Positions 56,072 through 64,000 of a stretch of 64,000 nucleotides of DNA are shown piece after piece; within the stretch, counting starts at the first letter, position 1; every line of letters starts with the position of its first letter. The position numbers were made by a program, and so were the translations under genes. Origin of the DNA: Candidatus Dormiibacterota bacterium (GTDB lineage: Bacteria; Chloroflexota; Dormibacteria; Aeolococcales; Bog-877); assembly GCA_027313505.1 (NCBI GenBank), contig DAHVDN010000012.1:1267-65266 (forward strand), read 5' to 3'. Below the pieces are notes generated by a model. That model saw nothing but the letters and a program-made list of their open reading frames with translations, was not told the DNA's origin and ran no database searches.

Positions 56072-57309
56072 GTTGAGACCGAACCAAGCGGTGGCTGATG
56101 AACGGTGAGCTCACCGACTATTTGCAGGAGCGCTTCGTCCTCGACCTCCTTGGATGAGTCCGCTACCTCCAGGAACTTTTGCCACAGCGCCTGCATCTGC
56201 TCATCGGGGATCCGGATTCCGATGCGATCCAGTCGATGCACCAGGGCATGGCGCCCCGACCGCGCTGTCAGGACGATCTGCGATTCGCCGGCTCCGACAT
56301 CCTCTGCCGACATGATTTCGTAGGTGGAGCGTTCGCGGAGGACTCCGTGCTGATGCACGCCAGAGGCGTGGGCGAAGGCATTGGTGCCCACCACCGGCTT
56401 GTTCGGAGGAACCACCATCCCGGTGCGGGACGACACCAGCCGGCTGGTAGGACCGAGCTCGGTGGCGCGGAGGTTGTCCCTCAGCCTCAGGGTCGGACGG
56501 CGGACCCTGAGGGCCATCACCACCTCCTCGATGGCGGCGTTGCCGGCCCGTTCTCCGATCCCGTTTATGCAGCCCTCCACCCGCCGTGCGCCGGCGGCGA
56601 TTCCCGCCAAGGAGTTGGCGGTCGCCAGCCCCAGGTCATCGTGACAGTGGACGCTGACCAGGACCCTGTCCATTCCTGGAACCTCCCGGCGGACCGTTGC
56701 CACCAGCTCTGCCATCTCCGCGGGAAGACAGTAGCCGGTGGTGTCGGGCAGGTTGATCACGGAAGCGCCTGCCCGTACCGCCACATCGACCACGGAACAG
56801 AGGTATTCGAGGTCCGCGCGTCCGGCATCCTCAGGGGAGAACTGAACTACTGGACAGAGCTCTCTGGCGTAGGCAACCGCCTCCGCCGTACGGGCGAGCA
56901 CGGTGGCGCGGTCGAGACCCAGCTTCTTGACTATGTGGACATCGGACACCCCGATGAAGACATGGATCAGTGGTTTCTGAGCTTCGCGGACCGCTTCAAA
57001 AACTGAGTCGATATCGCCTCTGCGGGCACGTGCCAGACCGGTCACCGCCGGGCCTTCCACCTCTCTGGCTATCTGCCGAACCGCCTCGAAATCACCCGGT
57101 GACGAGGCGGGGAAACCCGCTTCGATGACGTCGACCCCGAGCCGGGCAAGCTGGTGGGCAATCTCCAACTTGTCCGAGGGATGAAGGGTGGCTCCCGGTG
57201 ACTGTTCCCCGTCCCGCAGGGTGGTGTCAAAGAACTCCACCAGCTCTGAACGGGACTCTACGACCGATTCCTGTCCGCCGGATGGGGCGCCCCCGCCGGT
57301 GGCGGTCAT
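56068..57309 (-). CDS. leuA: 2-isopropylmalate synthase, short form without the regulatory domain
   Basis: [47 protein letters not shown]; ends at 413 aa. Confidence 0.93.
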   Translation of the reverse strand: MTATGGGAPSGGQESVVESRSELVEFFDTTLRDGEQSPGATLHPSDKLEIAHQLARLGVDVIEAGFPASSPGDFEAVRQIAREVEGPAVTGLARARRGDIDSVFEAVREAQKPLIHVFIGVSDVHIVKKLGLDRATVLARTAEAVAYARELCPVVQFSPEDAGRADLEYLCSVVDVAVRAGASVINLPDTTGYCLPAEMAELVATVRREVPGMDRVLVSVHCHDDLGLATANSLAGIAAGARRVEGCINGIGERAGNAAIEEVVMALRVRRPTLRLRDNLRATELGPTSRLVSSRTGMVVPPNKPVVGTNAFAHASGVHQHGVLRERSTYEIMSAEDVGAGESQIVLTARSGRHALVHRLDRIGIRIPDEQMQALWQKFLEVADSSKEVEDEALLQIVGELTVHQPPLGSVST

Positions 57310-58394
57310 GACGCAACCTCGGATACCTGGCGCTCGGGATCCTGCTCGACGGTTGGCCTGGTAGAGTCCGCTCTCTCGGCCTCGGGCACGGCCGCCACCG
57401 GGCGAATCCAGGACATCTGCGCCCGCAGCCGCTGGCCCACCTCCTCGATGGGATGCGCCCTGGCGCTGGCGCGCTGCTCCAGGAATTCACCCCTGCCAGA
57501 TCGGTTCTCGTCGATCCAGTTCTCAGCAAAGCTGCCATCCTGAATGCGGCTCAGGATCCCTCTCATCTGCTCCCTGACGTGCTCGTCGACGACCACCGGC
57601 CCGCTGGTGTAGTCACCGTACTCAGCGGTGTCGCTGACGCTGTACCTCATGAGCGACAGCCCCCCTTGATAGATGAGGTCGACGATGAGCTTCAGCTCAT
57701 GGAGGCACTCGAAATAGGCAACCTCGGGCTGATAGCCGGCCTCTGTAAGCGTTTCAAAAGCCGCGGTGATCAGGGCGGTGACTCCGCCGCACAGGACCGC
57801 CTGCTCGCCGAACAGGTCGGTCTCGGTCTCCTCTCGGAAGGTCGTCTCCAGGACGCCCGCTTTGGTGCTTCCGAGTCCGCTGGCATAGGCCAGGGCCCGC
57901 TCTCGAGCGTGACCGGTGGCATCCTGATGGATCGCGAGCAGCGCTGGGCACCCAATCTCTTCCTTGAAGCAGCTGCGCACCATGTGCCCGGGGGCCTTGG
58001 GCGCAACCATTGCCACATCGCACCCCCTGGGAGGCACGACGGTGCCGAAGTGGATGGAGAAGCCGTGCGCGAAGAGCAGCAGACAACCGGGCTTGAGCGC
58101 CTCGGTGAGGCCGGAGGCGAAGAGGGCTGCCTGGTCGTGATCGGGAATGAGCACCATCACAACGTCTGCGTCCCGGACGGCGTCGAGGGGATCTAGGACC
58201 GCGAAGCCATCGGCCACCGCCTGGGCACGACTTCCGCTGCCCGGTCTCAATCCCACCTTCACCGCGTACCCGCTATCGCGGAGGTTCTGGGCGTGGGCGT
58301 GGCCCTGGCTGCCGTAGCCGAGGATGGTGACCTTGGCCCCGGCCAGCGCTGCCGGGTCCGCGTCGGAGTCGTAGTACATTTTCATTTCGGTCAT
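57306..58394 (-). CDS. ilvC: Ketol-acid reductoisomerase
   Basis: [47 protein letters not shown]. Confidence 0.97.
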   Translation of the reverse strand: MTEMKMYYDSDADPAALAGAKVTILGYGSQGHAHAQNLRDSGYAVKVGLRPGSGSRAQAVADGFAVLDPLDAVRDADVVMVLIPDHDQAALFASGLTEALKPGCLLLFAHGFSIHFGTVVPPRGCDVAMVAPKAPGHMVRSCFKEEIGCPALLAIHQDATGHARERALAYASGLGSTKAGVLETTFREETETDLFGEQAVLCGGVTALITAAFETLTEAGYQPEVAYFECLHELKLIVDLIYQGGLSLMRYSVSDTAEYGDYTSGPVVVDEHVREQMRGILSRIQDGSFAENWIDENRSGRGEFLEQRASARAHPIEEVGQRLRAQMSWIRPVAAVPEAERADSTRPTVEQDPERQVSEVAS

Positions 58395-58990
58395 CTCCAC
58401 TCTTGGGGGCTATTGCGGTTCTGGTCCGCGGACAAGGGGTCGCCGGACCCGAGCCCGATCGGTCGGCTGACCATCCAGTCGACCAGCGGAAGTTGACGAA
58501 GGCGCTCCAGGGCGGCCTCCACCACCTGCGGGGTTCCCGAAAGGGCTGCCAAAAGTGACCTCTCGTCGCGGCGCACCACCTCCGCCCCGCAGCTCCCGAG
58601 GAGGTCTATGGCCGACTGGCCCACCTCGTCCGCCCGGATCTCGACCAGGGCGGTCACCCACTCCAAGGGGTGTGAGCCGGTGAGATCCTCGACACTGACA
58701 ACGTCGATGAGCTTGGCCAGCTGCTTGACCACCTGATCCGCCGGTTGCGACCCGTGCTCCACCTGCAACCAGAGCGAGAGGGTACCGGGATCCGAGTTCT
58801 GGCCGACGGCGCAGCTTAGCAGGCGCAATCCTCGTCGTCCCAGGCAGTTGGTCACCCGCTGAAGCACACCGGATCGGTCCTCGACCCGGACCCTCACCAG
58901 GCGCATGAAGGGGTCGCGGAGCGCCCGCCTCAGCTCGCGGTTGTCGGAGCGATCAGAGGTCGACCCGGGATCCGGCGAAGTTGGTGTCAT
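58391..58990 (-). CDS. ilvN: Acetolactate synthase small (regulatory, ACT) subunit
   Basis: [19 protein letters not shown] and [15 protein letters not shown]; position between ilvB and ilvC. Confidence 0.85.
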   Translation of the reverse strand: MTPTSPDPGSTSDRSDNRELRRALRDPFMRLVRVRVEDRSGVLQRVTNCLGRRGLRLLSCAVGQNSDPGTLSLWLQVEHGSQPADQVVKQLAKLIDVVSVEDLTGSHPLEWVTALVEIRADEVGQSAIDLLGSCGAEVVRRDERSLLAALSGTPQVVEAALERLRQLPLVDWMVSRPIGLGSGDPLSADQNRNSPQEWR

Positions 58991-60714
58991 GGGCACTCCA
59001 CGAAGTCGGCCAGACCCTTTCCGAAGGGCACAATTGGATAGATGTTGGCTTCGGGGTCGATGCGGCAGTCGACCAGTGCGGGCCCGGGATATTCGATGGC
59101 CTCTATAAGAGCCACCTCAACCTCCGCGAGCGTTCTGGCCACTCGACCGAAGCATCCGAAGGCGCGGGCCAGCAGTTCGAAATCTGGGATCACGGTGTGG
59201 TCAACCTGGGAGCGCACTCCGCCGTAGAAGTCGTCCTGAAACTGCCGCACCATCCCCAGTTGGCCGTTGTTGAGGATGACCACCTTGACCGGCAGCTCCG
59301 CCTCGATCGCGGTGGCCATCTCCTGGAAGGTCATCACAAACCCACCCTCGCCGCATATGGCGAAGATCCGCTGGTCAGGGCGGGCGGCCTGGGCGCCAAG
59401 AGCCGCAGGAAGGGCGAAGCCCATCGTTCCAGCACCCCCAGAGTTGAGGAAGAGCCCCGGGGCATCCCCGGTCCAGGAGGTGGCCGCCCACATCTGGTTC
59501 AGCCCGACGTCAGCCACGACCACGTCCTCGGGCCGGCGGTGGCGGTAGCAGGCCTCCAAGACCTCCTGAGGCTGCAGCTGACCGTTGCTCGGGTAGCGGA
59601 GCGGGTGGCGTTGCCGCCAGCCGTCGACCGCGGCGGTCCAGGGGGGTCTGGCCTTCTGTGTCACCTGCTCAAGCAGGGACTCCATCACCTCGCGTGCGTC
59701 CCCAGCGATCTGGCAGTCGGCCGCAACCGTCTTGCCGAGCTCTGCGGGATCGATGTTGACGTGCACGATGTGTTCCGCCATTGGTGCGAACAGGTCCATC
59801 CGGCATGTCACACGGTCGTCCGCCCTCATCCCCACCATGAGGAGGCAGTCGCATTCGCTGACGGCCTTGTTGCAGTAGCCAGTCCCCATGAACCCGACCA
59901 GGCCAACTGACAGGGGATGGGTGGTGGGGAACACCCCAGTCCCGAGGAGGGTGGTCCCCACTGGGGCGTCACAGGCCGTGGCCAGCTGGATCAGTGCCGT
60001 CTCAGCTCCGGCGATCGCCACGCCCCGGCCGGCGAGGATCATCGGACGCTCCGCTCGGGACAGGAAGCCCGCTGCCTGGGTCAAGAGCGCTCGGTCCGGA
60101 GATTCCGGAGCCCGGTGGGGGCGAAGGCGAGCGATCTTGGACTCCGACCCTTCAACGATCTGCTGCTGCACGTCCTTGGGGATGTCGATCAAAACGGCGC
60201 CGGGGCGGCCGGTTCGGGCGACGTGGAAGGCCTCCCGGACAACGGCTGGCAGATCCCGAGCGTCATGAACCTGGTAGCTGTGCTTGGTCACTGAGAGGGT
60301 GGAGCCGATCACGTCCGACTCCTGAAACGCATCGGTGCCGATCGTGGCCGTGGCCACCTGTCCGGTGATCGCGACAACTGGAACCGAGTCGAAGTGGGCG
60401 GTGGCAAGCCCGGTGATCAGGTTGAGGGCGCCGGGTCCGGAGGTGGCGAGACACACTCCGACCCGACCTGAGGTGCGCGCATAGCCATCCGCCATGTGAG
60501 CTGCCCCCTGTTCGTGGCGCACCAGGACGTGGCGAATTGGAGACTTCGGAAGGTGCTGGTAGATCGGCAGGTTTGCTCCCCCTGGCAGGCCAAAGATCAC
60601 CTCCACGCCTTCACGCGCCAGCGATTCGAGCAGGACCTCAGCCCCGCAAAGCTGGGCGGCTGCCGGCTGCTCCTCTTGGTCGTCGTAGGGGAGGTCGGCC
60701 AGGGATGCACTCAT
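58987..60714 (-). CDS. ilvB: Acetolactate synthase large subunit
   Basis: FGLPGGANL, RHEQGA, TSGPGA, DAFQE, TPP motif GEGG...NN, GMVRQFQ. Confidence 0.97.
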   Translation of the reverse strand: MSASLADLPYDDQEEQPAAAQLCGAEVLLESLAREGVEVIFGLPGGANLPIYQHLPKSPIRHVLVRHEQGAAHMADGYARTSGRVGVCLATSGPGALNLITGLATAHFDSVPVVAITGQVATATIGTDAFQESDVIGSTLSVTKHSYQVHDARDLPAVVREAFHVARTGRPGAVLIDIPKDVQQQIVEGSESKIARLRPHRAPESPDRALLTQAAGFLSRAERPMILAGRGVAIAGAETALIQLATACDAPVGTTLLGTGVFPTTHPLSVGLVGFMGTGYCNKAVSECDCLLMVGMRADDRVTCRMDLFAPMAEHIVHVNIDPAELGKTVAADCQIAGDAREVMESLLEQVTQKARPPWTAAVDGWRQRHPLRYPSNGQLQPQEVLEACYRHRRPEDVVVADVGLNQMWAATSWTGDAPGLFLNSGGAGTMGFALPAALGAQAARPDQRIFAICGEGGFVMTFQEMATAIEAELPVKVVILNNGQLGMVRQFQDDFYGGVRSQVDHTVIPDFELLARAFGCFGRVARTLAEVEVALIEAIEYPGPALVDCRIDPEANIYPIVPFGKGLADFVECP

Positions 60715-60724
60715 GGTCTATCCG

Positions 60725-60919
60725 TCAGTCCGCGCCGTACGCGCGGCCAATCGCTGAGGTGATGGCGGCATCTGCTGCGATCTGGCGGATCGGTCGGGGC
60801 GCAGCCGACGCCGTGTGCTGGCGCACCCAGTTCCGGGCAGCCTCATCCAGCTCGATGTCGGTCGGATAGCGTCCGGATCCACTGACTTCGATCGAGTCGG
60901 GTCTCATCGAGTCGGACAT
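60725..60919 (-). CDS. Small hypothetical protein (64 aa), first ORF after the attenuator
   Basis: AGGAG SD 7 nt upstream of ATG; stops 10 nt before ilvB. Confidence 0.55.
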   Translation of the reverse strand: MSDSMRPDSIEVSGSGRYPTDIELDEAARNWVRQHTASAAPRPIRQIAADAAITSAIGRAYGAD

Positions 60920-60984
60920 CTCAGGTCTCCTGTTGCTTCTGGCGGTTCAGATGTTGGCGGATGCGACGGTTGGGTTACGGGTAC

Positions 60985-61017
60985 AAAAAAAGCCCCCCGG
61001 GTTAACCCGGGGGGCTT
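60985..61017 (-). terminator. Intrinsic terminator of the ilv-leu attenuator
   Basis: Minus strand AAGCCCCCCGGG-TTAA-CCCGGGGGGC followed by T7. Confidence 0.92.
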
Positions 61018-61040
61018 GCAGCTTCGTCAACGCGCAGACG

Positions 61041-61124
61041 TTAGCTGACCAGCCCACCTGTAATTAGGACTACTACAACCAGTTGGCTGTCGGCGGTCAG
61101 CAGGACACGAGTCAGCAAGTTCAA
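61041..61124 (-). CDS. Leu/Val/Ile-rich leader peptide (27 aa, MNLLTRVLLTADSQLVVVVLITGGLVS)
   Basis: TTG start 11 nt after the -10; control run CTG GTT GTA GTA GTC CTA ATT; stop lies 23 nt before the terminator stem. Confidence 0.85.
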   Translation of the reverse strand: MNLLTRVLLTADSQLVVVVLITGGLVS

Positions 61125-61135
61125 GATGGGTCGTA

Positions 61136-61164
61136 TTTATACCAGCCCCGCCAAGCTCTGTCAA
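61136..61164 (-). promoter_or_regulatory. Sigma-A promoter of the ilv-leu operon (TTGACA-N17-TATAAA, extended TG)
   Basis: Minus strand TTGACA gagcttggcggggctgg TATAAA. Confidence 0.88.
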
Positions 61165-61243
61165 GTTGAGTCGCCCCTGGGTAGTGGGTCAGGCTGAGCG
61201 GGGAGAGCGGCAGGGACTCCTACCTCGACATCCAACCCAACGA

Positions 61244-61765
61244 TTAGCCCATGTTTGTCGGGTCGCTGTCGATCGGCGATCCCGTCTCCAGCAGCGTTTT
61301 AAGGCTGCTGAGGATCCAACTCCAACCGCCACCCGCGCCCTGGTCCGCCATCCCGCCTGACATCAAGACTGCCAGGGTCGGCGCATTTTCGAACTCGTGA
61401 ATGACCGTCAGCTTGGTGACGCCGCCCCTGCCTTCCGAGATCTCGTAGGTAAGACGGGTAAACCCTTCCGCTGCCATCGCTTCGTCCATCACCATCCGAA
61501 AAGTCTGGACCAGCCTCCGGGGTGGGTCGGCGTCGAGCACTGCGCCGTCAACGCCTATCTCCGGTGCTCCTGCCTGCCGCATTGCCGCGCTGGTCAGTCC
61601 TCGGTAAGCACCACCGGGATGTAGGTCGTAGTCGGCCTTGCCACCGTATCCGTATTGCTCGGTCCACTCAGGCTTGGTGATGGCATCCCAAATGGCCTCC
61701 GGTGTGGCTTTGATGTACACGCTGTAGACCTGAGTGATCGCCGACGCGCTGCTTGTCGAGTTCAT
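61244..61765 (-). CDS. SRPBCC (Aha1/AHSA1-like) domain protein
   Basis: VYSVYIKATPEAIWDAIT, DPPRRLVQT, TKLTVIHE, GWSWILSSLKTLLETG; ATGA overlap with the ArsR gene. Confidence 0.9.
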   Translation of the reverse strand: MNSTSSASAITQVYSVYIKATPEAIWDAITKPEWTEQYGYGGKADYDLHPGGAYRGLTSAAMRQAGAPEIGVDGAVLDADPPRRLVQTFRMVMDEAMAAEGFTRLTYEISEGRGGVTKLTVIHEFENAPTLAVLMSGGMADQGAGGGWSWILSSLKTLLETGSPIDSDPTNMG

Positions 61766-62082
61766 CCTGTCTCCTCTAGGTCGTGCTTGAGATTCGCTAA
61801 CGCCGATGCCTGGCGCTCTGTGTACTTGTCGATCCATCGGTCGTGGATAAGCCGGATTGGTACCGGGTTGAGGAAGTGCAAGGTCCGGCGCCCCGACCGC
61901 CGCCTGACCACGAGCCCGGCTTCCTCCAAAACACGCACGTGCTTCATGACGCCGAATCGAGTCATGGCAAGCTCGGACTCGAGCTCACGGAGACTGCGCC
62001 CGTCGCGCGCAAAAAGCTGGTCCAGCAAGCCGCGCCGGGTGGGGTCGGCAAGCGCCTTGAACACGTCATCGTCGGCAGCCAC
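61762..62082 (-). CDS. ArsR/SmtB family transcriptional regulator
   Basis: VFKALADPTRRGLL, MTRFGVMKHVRVLEEAGLV, LHFLNPVPIRLIHDRWI. Confidence 0.93.
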   Translation of the reverse strand: MAADDDVFKALADPTRRGLLDQLFARDGRSLRELESELAMTRFGVMKHVRVLEEAGLVVRRRSGRRTLHFLNPVPIRLIHDRWIDKYTERQASALANLKHDLEETG

Positions 62083-62089
62083 GGGGCAG

Positions 62090-62106
62090 ATAATAGGTGA
62101 CCTATT
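62090..62106 (-). promoter_or_regulatory. -10 element (TATTAT) and overlapping palindrome AATAGGT-G-ACCTATT, candidate ArsR operator
   Basis: Perfect 7-bp inverted repeat at 62092-62106; -10 lies 7 nt before the GTG. Confidence 0.6.
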
Positions 62107-62151
62107 GGGGTAACTGTACCCTCCGTGTATAAACTGTGATATGCTGCTCTA

Positions 62152-63129
62152 ATGCCGAAGGTAGACCGCAAGAATCCGACCAGGGCCGCATCGTCCGAGT
62201 CCCGGTACTCACTAATGGAGTTCTCCCGCGAGTTCCCCGACGATGACGCCTGCCTCAATTACCTCTGGCGCACCCGTTACTCGAAAGACGGAGAGCATGC
62301 CGAGTGCTCCAAGTGCGAGGCCGTCCGGTCCTTTAGGCGCTACGAGACTTCCCAGCGCCGCCAGTCGTGGACTTGCACCGCTTGCGGACACCACCTTCAC
62401 CCGACCGCTGGGACGATCTTCGCAGGGTCGGCGACCTCGCTCCACCTCTGGTTCTACGCGATGTTCCTGATGACAAGCACCCGCTGCGGTATCTCCGCTA
62501 AGCAGCTGGAGCGCGAGCTTGGAGTCACCTACAAGTGTGCGTGGCGCATCTTCCATCTCATTCGGAACGACCTCATGGCCCAGACGACTGAGCCTCTGAC
62601 CGGCAAGGTTGAGATGGACGAGACCTACGTCGGCGGGAAGCCCCGGCAGTCGGACGTTGCCCAGTGGGGGACCGAGGCCAACTCCACCGAGCGCCGTCAG
62701 GCGACCCAGCGGTGGTCCAATGAGACCAAGACTGTCGTGTTCGGGATGGTGGAACGCGGCGGGAGTGTCGCCGCCCACGTCGTGCCTCGCAAGCCCCAGG
62801 CCGCGATCATGAGCCACATCTCGGCGGTGGTCGATCCCAGGTCCATCGTCTACACCGACGATGCCCGGATTTACGACCGCCTGCCTCGGGCCGGGTGGGA
62901 TCACCGCACGATCAACCACTCGGCTCGGGTCTACGTCCAGGGCGATGTTCACACCCAGACCATCGAAGGGTTCTGGTCGCTGGTGAAGCGTGGCATCGGC
63001 GGGACCCACCACGCCGTGTCCACTAAGCATCTTCAGGGCTACCTGAACGAGTACGCCTGGCGCTATAACCACCGCCGCGACGGCCACGCTCAGTTCGAGT
63101 CGCTACTCCTCCGGGCGGCTGGCCGGTAG
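62152..63129 (+). CDS. IS1595 family transposase
   Basis: Zinc ribbon CSKC...CTACG, TAGTIF, GISAKQLERELGVTYKCAW, VEMDETY, YTDD, HTQTIEGFWS, YLNEYAWRYN. Confidence 0.95.
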   Translation: MPKVDRKNPTRAASSESRYSLMEFSREFPDDDACLNYLWRTRYSKDGEHAECSKCEAVRSFRRYETSQRRQSWTCTACGHHLHPTAGTIFAGSATSLHLWFYAMFLMTSTRCGISAKQLERELGVTYKCAWRIFHLIRNDLMAQTTEPLTGKVEMDETYVGGKPRQSDVAQWGTEANSTERRQATQRWSNETKTVVFGMVERGGSVAAHVVPRKPQAAIMSHISAVVDPRSIVYTDDARIYDRLPRAGWDHRTINHSARVYVQGDVHTQTIEGFWSLVKRGIGGTHHAVSTKHLQGYLNEYAWRYNHRRDGHAQFESLLLRAAGR

Positions 63130-63243
63130 GGGCTTCGGCTTCTTGGCAACCTTCTCTAGAGCCTCGTAGAATTCCCTCCGGGTCGGGATCGGGATCTCGT
63201 ACCCCTTGGGGGTCGTCTGCGTCTTCGTGGGGGTCTTGGGCAT
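63103..63243 (-). CDS. Small basic protein (46 aa) convergent with and overlapping the transposase 3' end
   Basis: MPKTPTKTQTTPKGYEIPIPTRREFYEALEKVAKKPKPLPASRPEE*; GGAG before the ATG; below the ORF-track length cutoff. Confidence 0.6.
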   Translation of the reverse strand: MPKTPTKTQTTPKGYEIPIPTRREFYEALEKVAKKPKPLPASRPEE

Positions 63244-63262
63244 GGTTCTCCAAGGTTAGCGC

Positions 63263-64000
63263 GTGGACACCTTGAGCCTGGATTCGGCGTGGTTCAAGTG
63301 GGACTGGGCGGTGCGTCACAGTCAGCTCCTCCAAGCCGACATCGCCGGCACCCTGAAGCCCGACGGAGATCCCGGGTCCGAGTCCGTCCTCAGGATTGGT
63401 CATGAATACGACCCACAACTGAATTGCTGGGTCGTCAAGGTGAAGTTCGTCGGCGACATCCCGACGCGATTGAGCTTGATCGCGGGGGACGTGATCCAGA
63501 ACTTCCGAAGTGCCCTTGACCACTTGGCTTGGTTTCTGGTTCAGCGGGTCTCTCGGGACGCACCGTTGACGAAAGACCAGGAGAGAGGGGTCTACTTCCC
63601 ATTCTGCGACAGCGAGAAACACTTTGCCCGGTCGATCTCGAGCAAACTGCCCGGAGTCCCTGATGCAGACCTTGCAATCATTCGACAGTTCCAGCCGTAC
63701 TTCACTGGGGATGAATTCAAAGCTCGCCATGCCTTCCGAATCCTGGCCGACCTTTCCGACCACGACAAGCATCGGACGCTTCAACCCGTTGGGCTTCGCC
63801 TCGCCTACGTCAGATGCCAGGCCATCAACGTCCACGACTGCGTGGTGTGGCGGATTGTCCCTTCGACCAGCACCGAGCTTATTAAGGTCAACACAAAATT
63901 GGCGACCCTCTTCACCCGTGTCACCGGCCCCAACCCTAGTTTTCAGGTGGAGATAGAGCCTGCCGCCGATGTAGCGTTCAACGAGAACGTCTGGATCAAG
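63263..64000 (+). CDS. IS passenger protein, HEPN-like (partial, runs off the window)
   Basis: Open for 246 codons from GTG 63263: LSLIAGDVIQNFRSALDHLAW, YFP, QPY, LADLSDHDKHR. Not in the ORF track because it has no stop. Confidence 0.7.
   Translation, partial: MDTLSLDSAWFKWDWAVRHSQLLQADIAGTLKPDGDPGSESVLRIGHEYDPQLNCWVVKVKFVGDIPTRLSLIAGDVIQNFRSALDHLAWFLVQRVSRDAPLTKDQERGVYFPFCDSEKHFARSISSKLPGVPDADLAIIRQFQPYFTGDEFKARHAFRILADLSDHDKHRTLQPVGLRLAYVRCQAINVHDCVVWRIVPSTSTELIKVNTKLATLFTRVTGPNPSFQVEIEPAADVAFNENVWIK

Larger units (their letters stand above)
62107..64000 (+). mobile_element. IS1595-family element with passenger genes (left end inferred; right end beyond the window)
   Basis: Transposase plus downstream cargo ORFs; putative left end GGGGTAACTGTACCC; no matching right TIR seen in the window. 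Confidence 0.7.

Noticed and set aside
60920-61164. T-box riboswitch upstream of ilvB
   Set aside because: No T-box bulge (TGGnACC) or specifier stem; the leader peptide plus terminator explains the region.
1-64000. CRISPR arrays, tRNA or rRNA genes, prophage genes
   Set aside because: I saw no regularly spaced repeats, cloverleaf T/D-arm signatures, rRNA motifs or phage hallmark proteins by eye.

Overview
GC-rich bacterial chromosomal window. Gene content and style (actinobacterial-type MetRS, F420-type LLM, DosS-like kinase, many apparently leaderless genes) suggest a Terrabacteria soil lineage such as Ca. Dormibacterota, Chloroflexota or Actinomycetota; this is inference only. In order it holds: heme/iron genes (MpaB family, nitrobindin-like, kynU, FTR1 with a DtxR-family regulator); a DUF4097/DUF2089 pair; MarR-yceI; def; a LipL-like protein; a c-di-GMP cyclase/phosphodiesterase pair flanking an MFS-MarR unit; metG-ccdA followed by a J-domain protein whose C-terminus looks like a catalytically dead family-A DNA polymerase; nfuA; gltA; a lone ArdC-like gene; a DosS/DosR-like module with DoxX and USP genes; a fatty-acyl catabolic cluster; a DEAD-box helicase; an accessory secreted/membrane pair preceded by a structured non-coding element resembling IS110 non-coding ends; an ilvB-ilvN-ilvC-leuA-leuB-cimA-leuC-leuD operon under a Leu/Val/Ile leader-peptide attenuator; an ArsR-SRPBCC pair; and the left part of an IS1595-family element carrying a small antisense ORF and a HEPN-like cargo gene. 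I saw no tRNA, rRNA or CRISPR array. All family calls come from motif recognition by eye; no searches were run.
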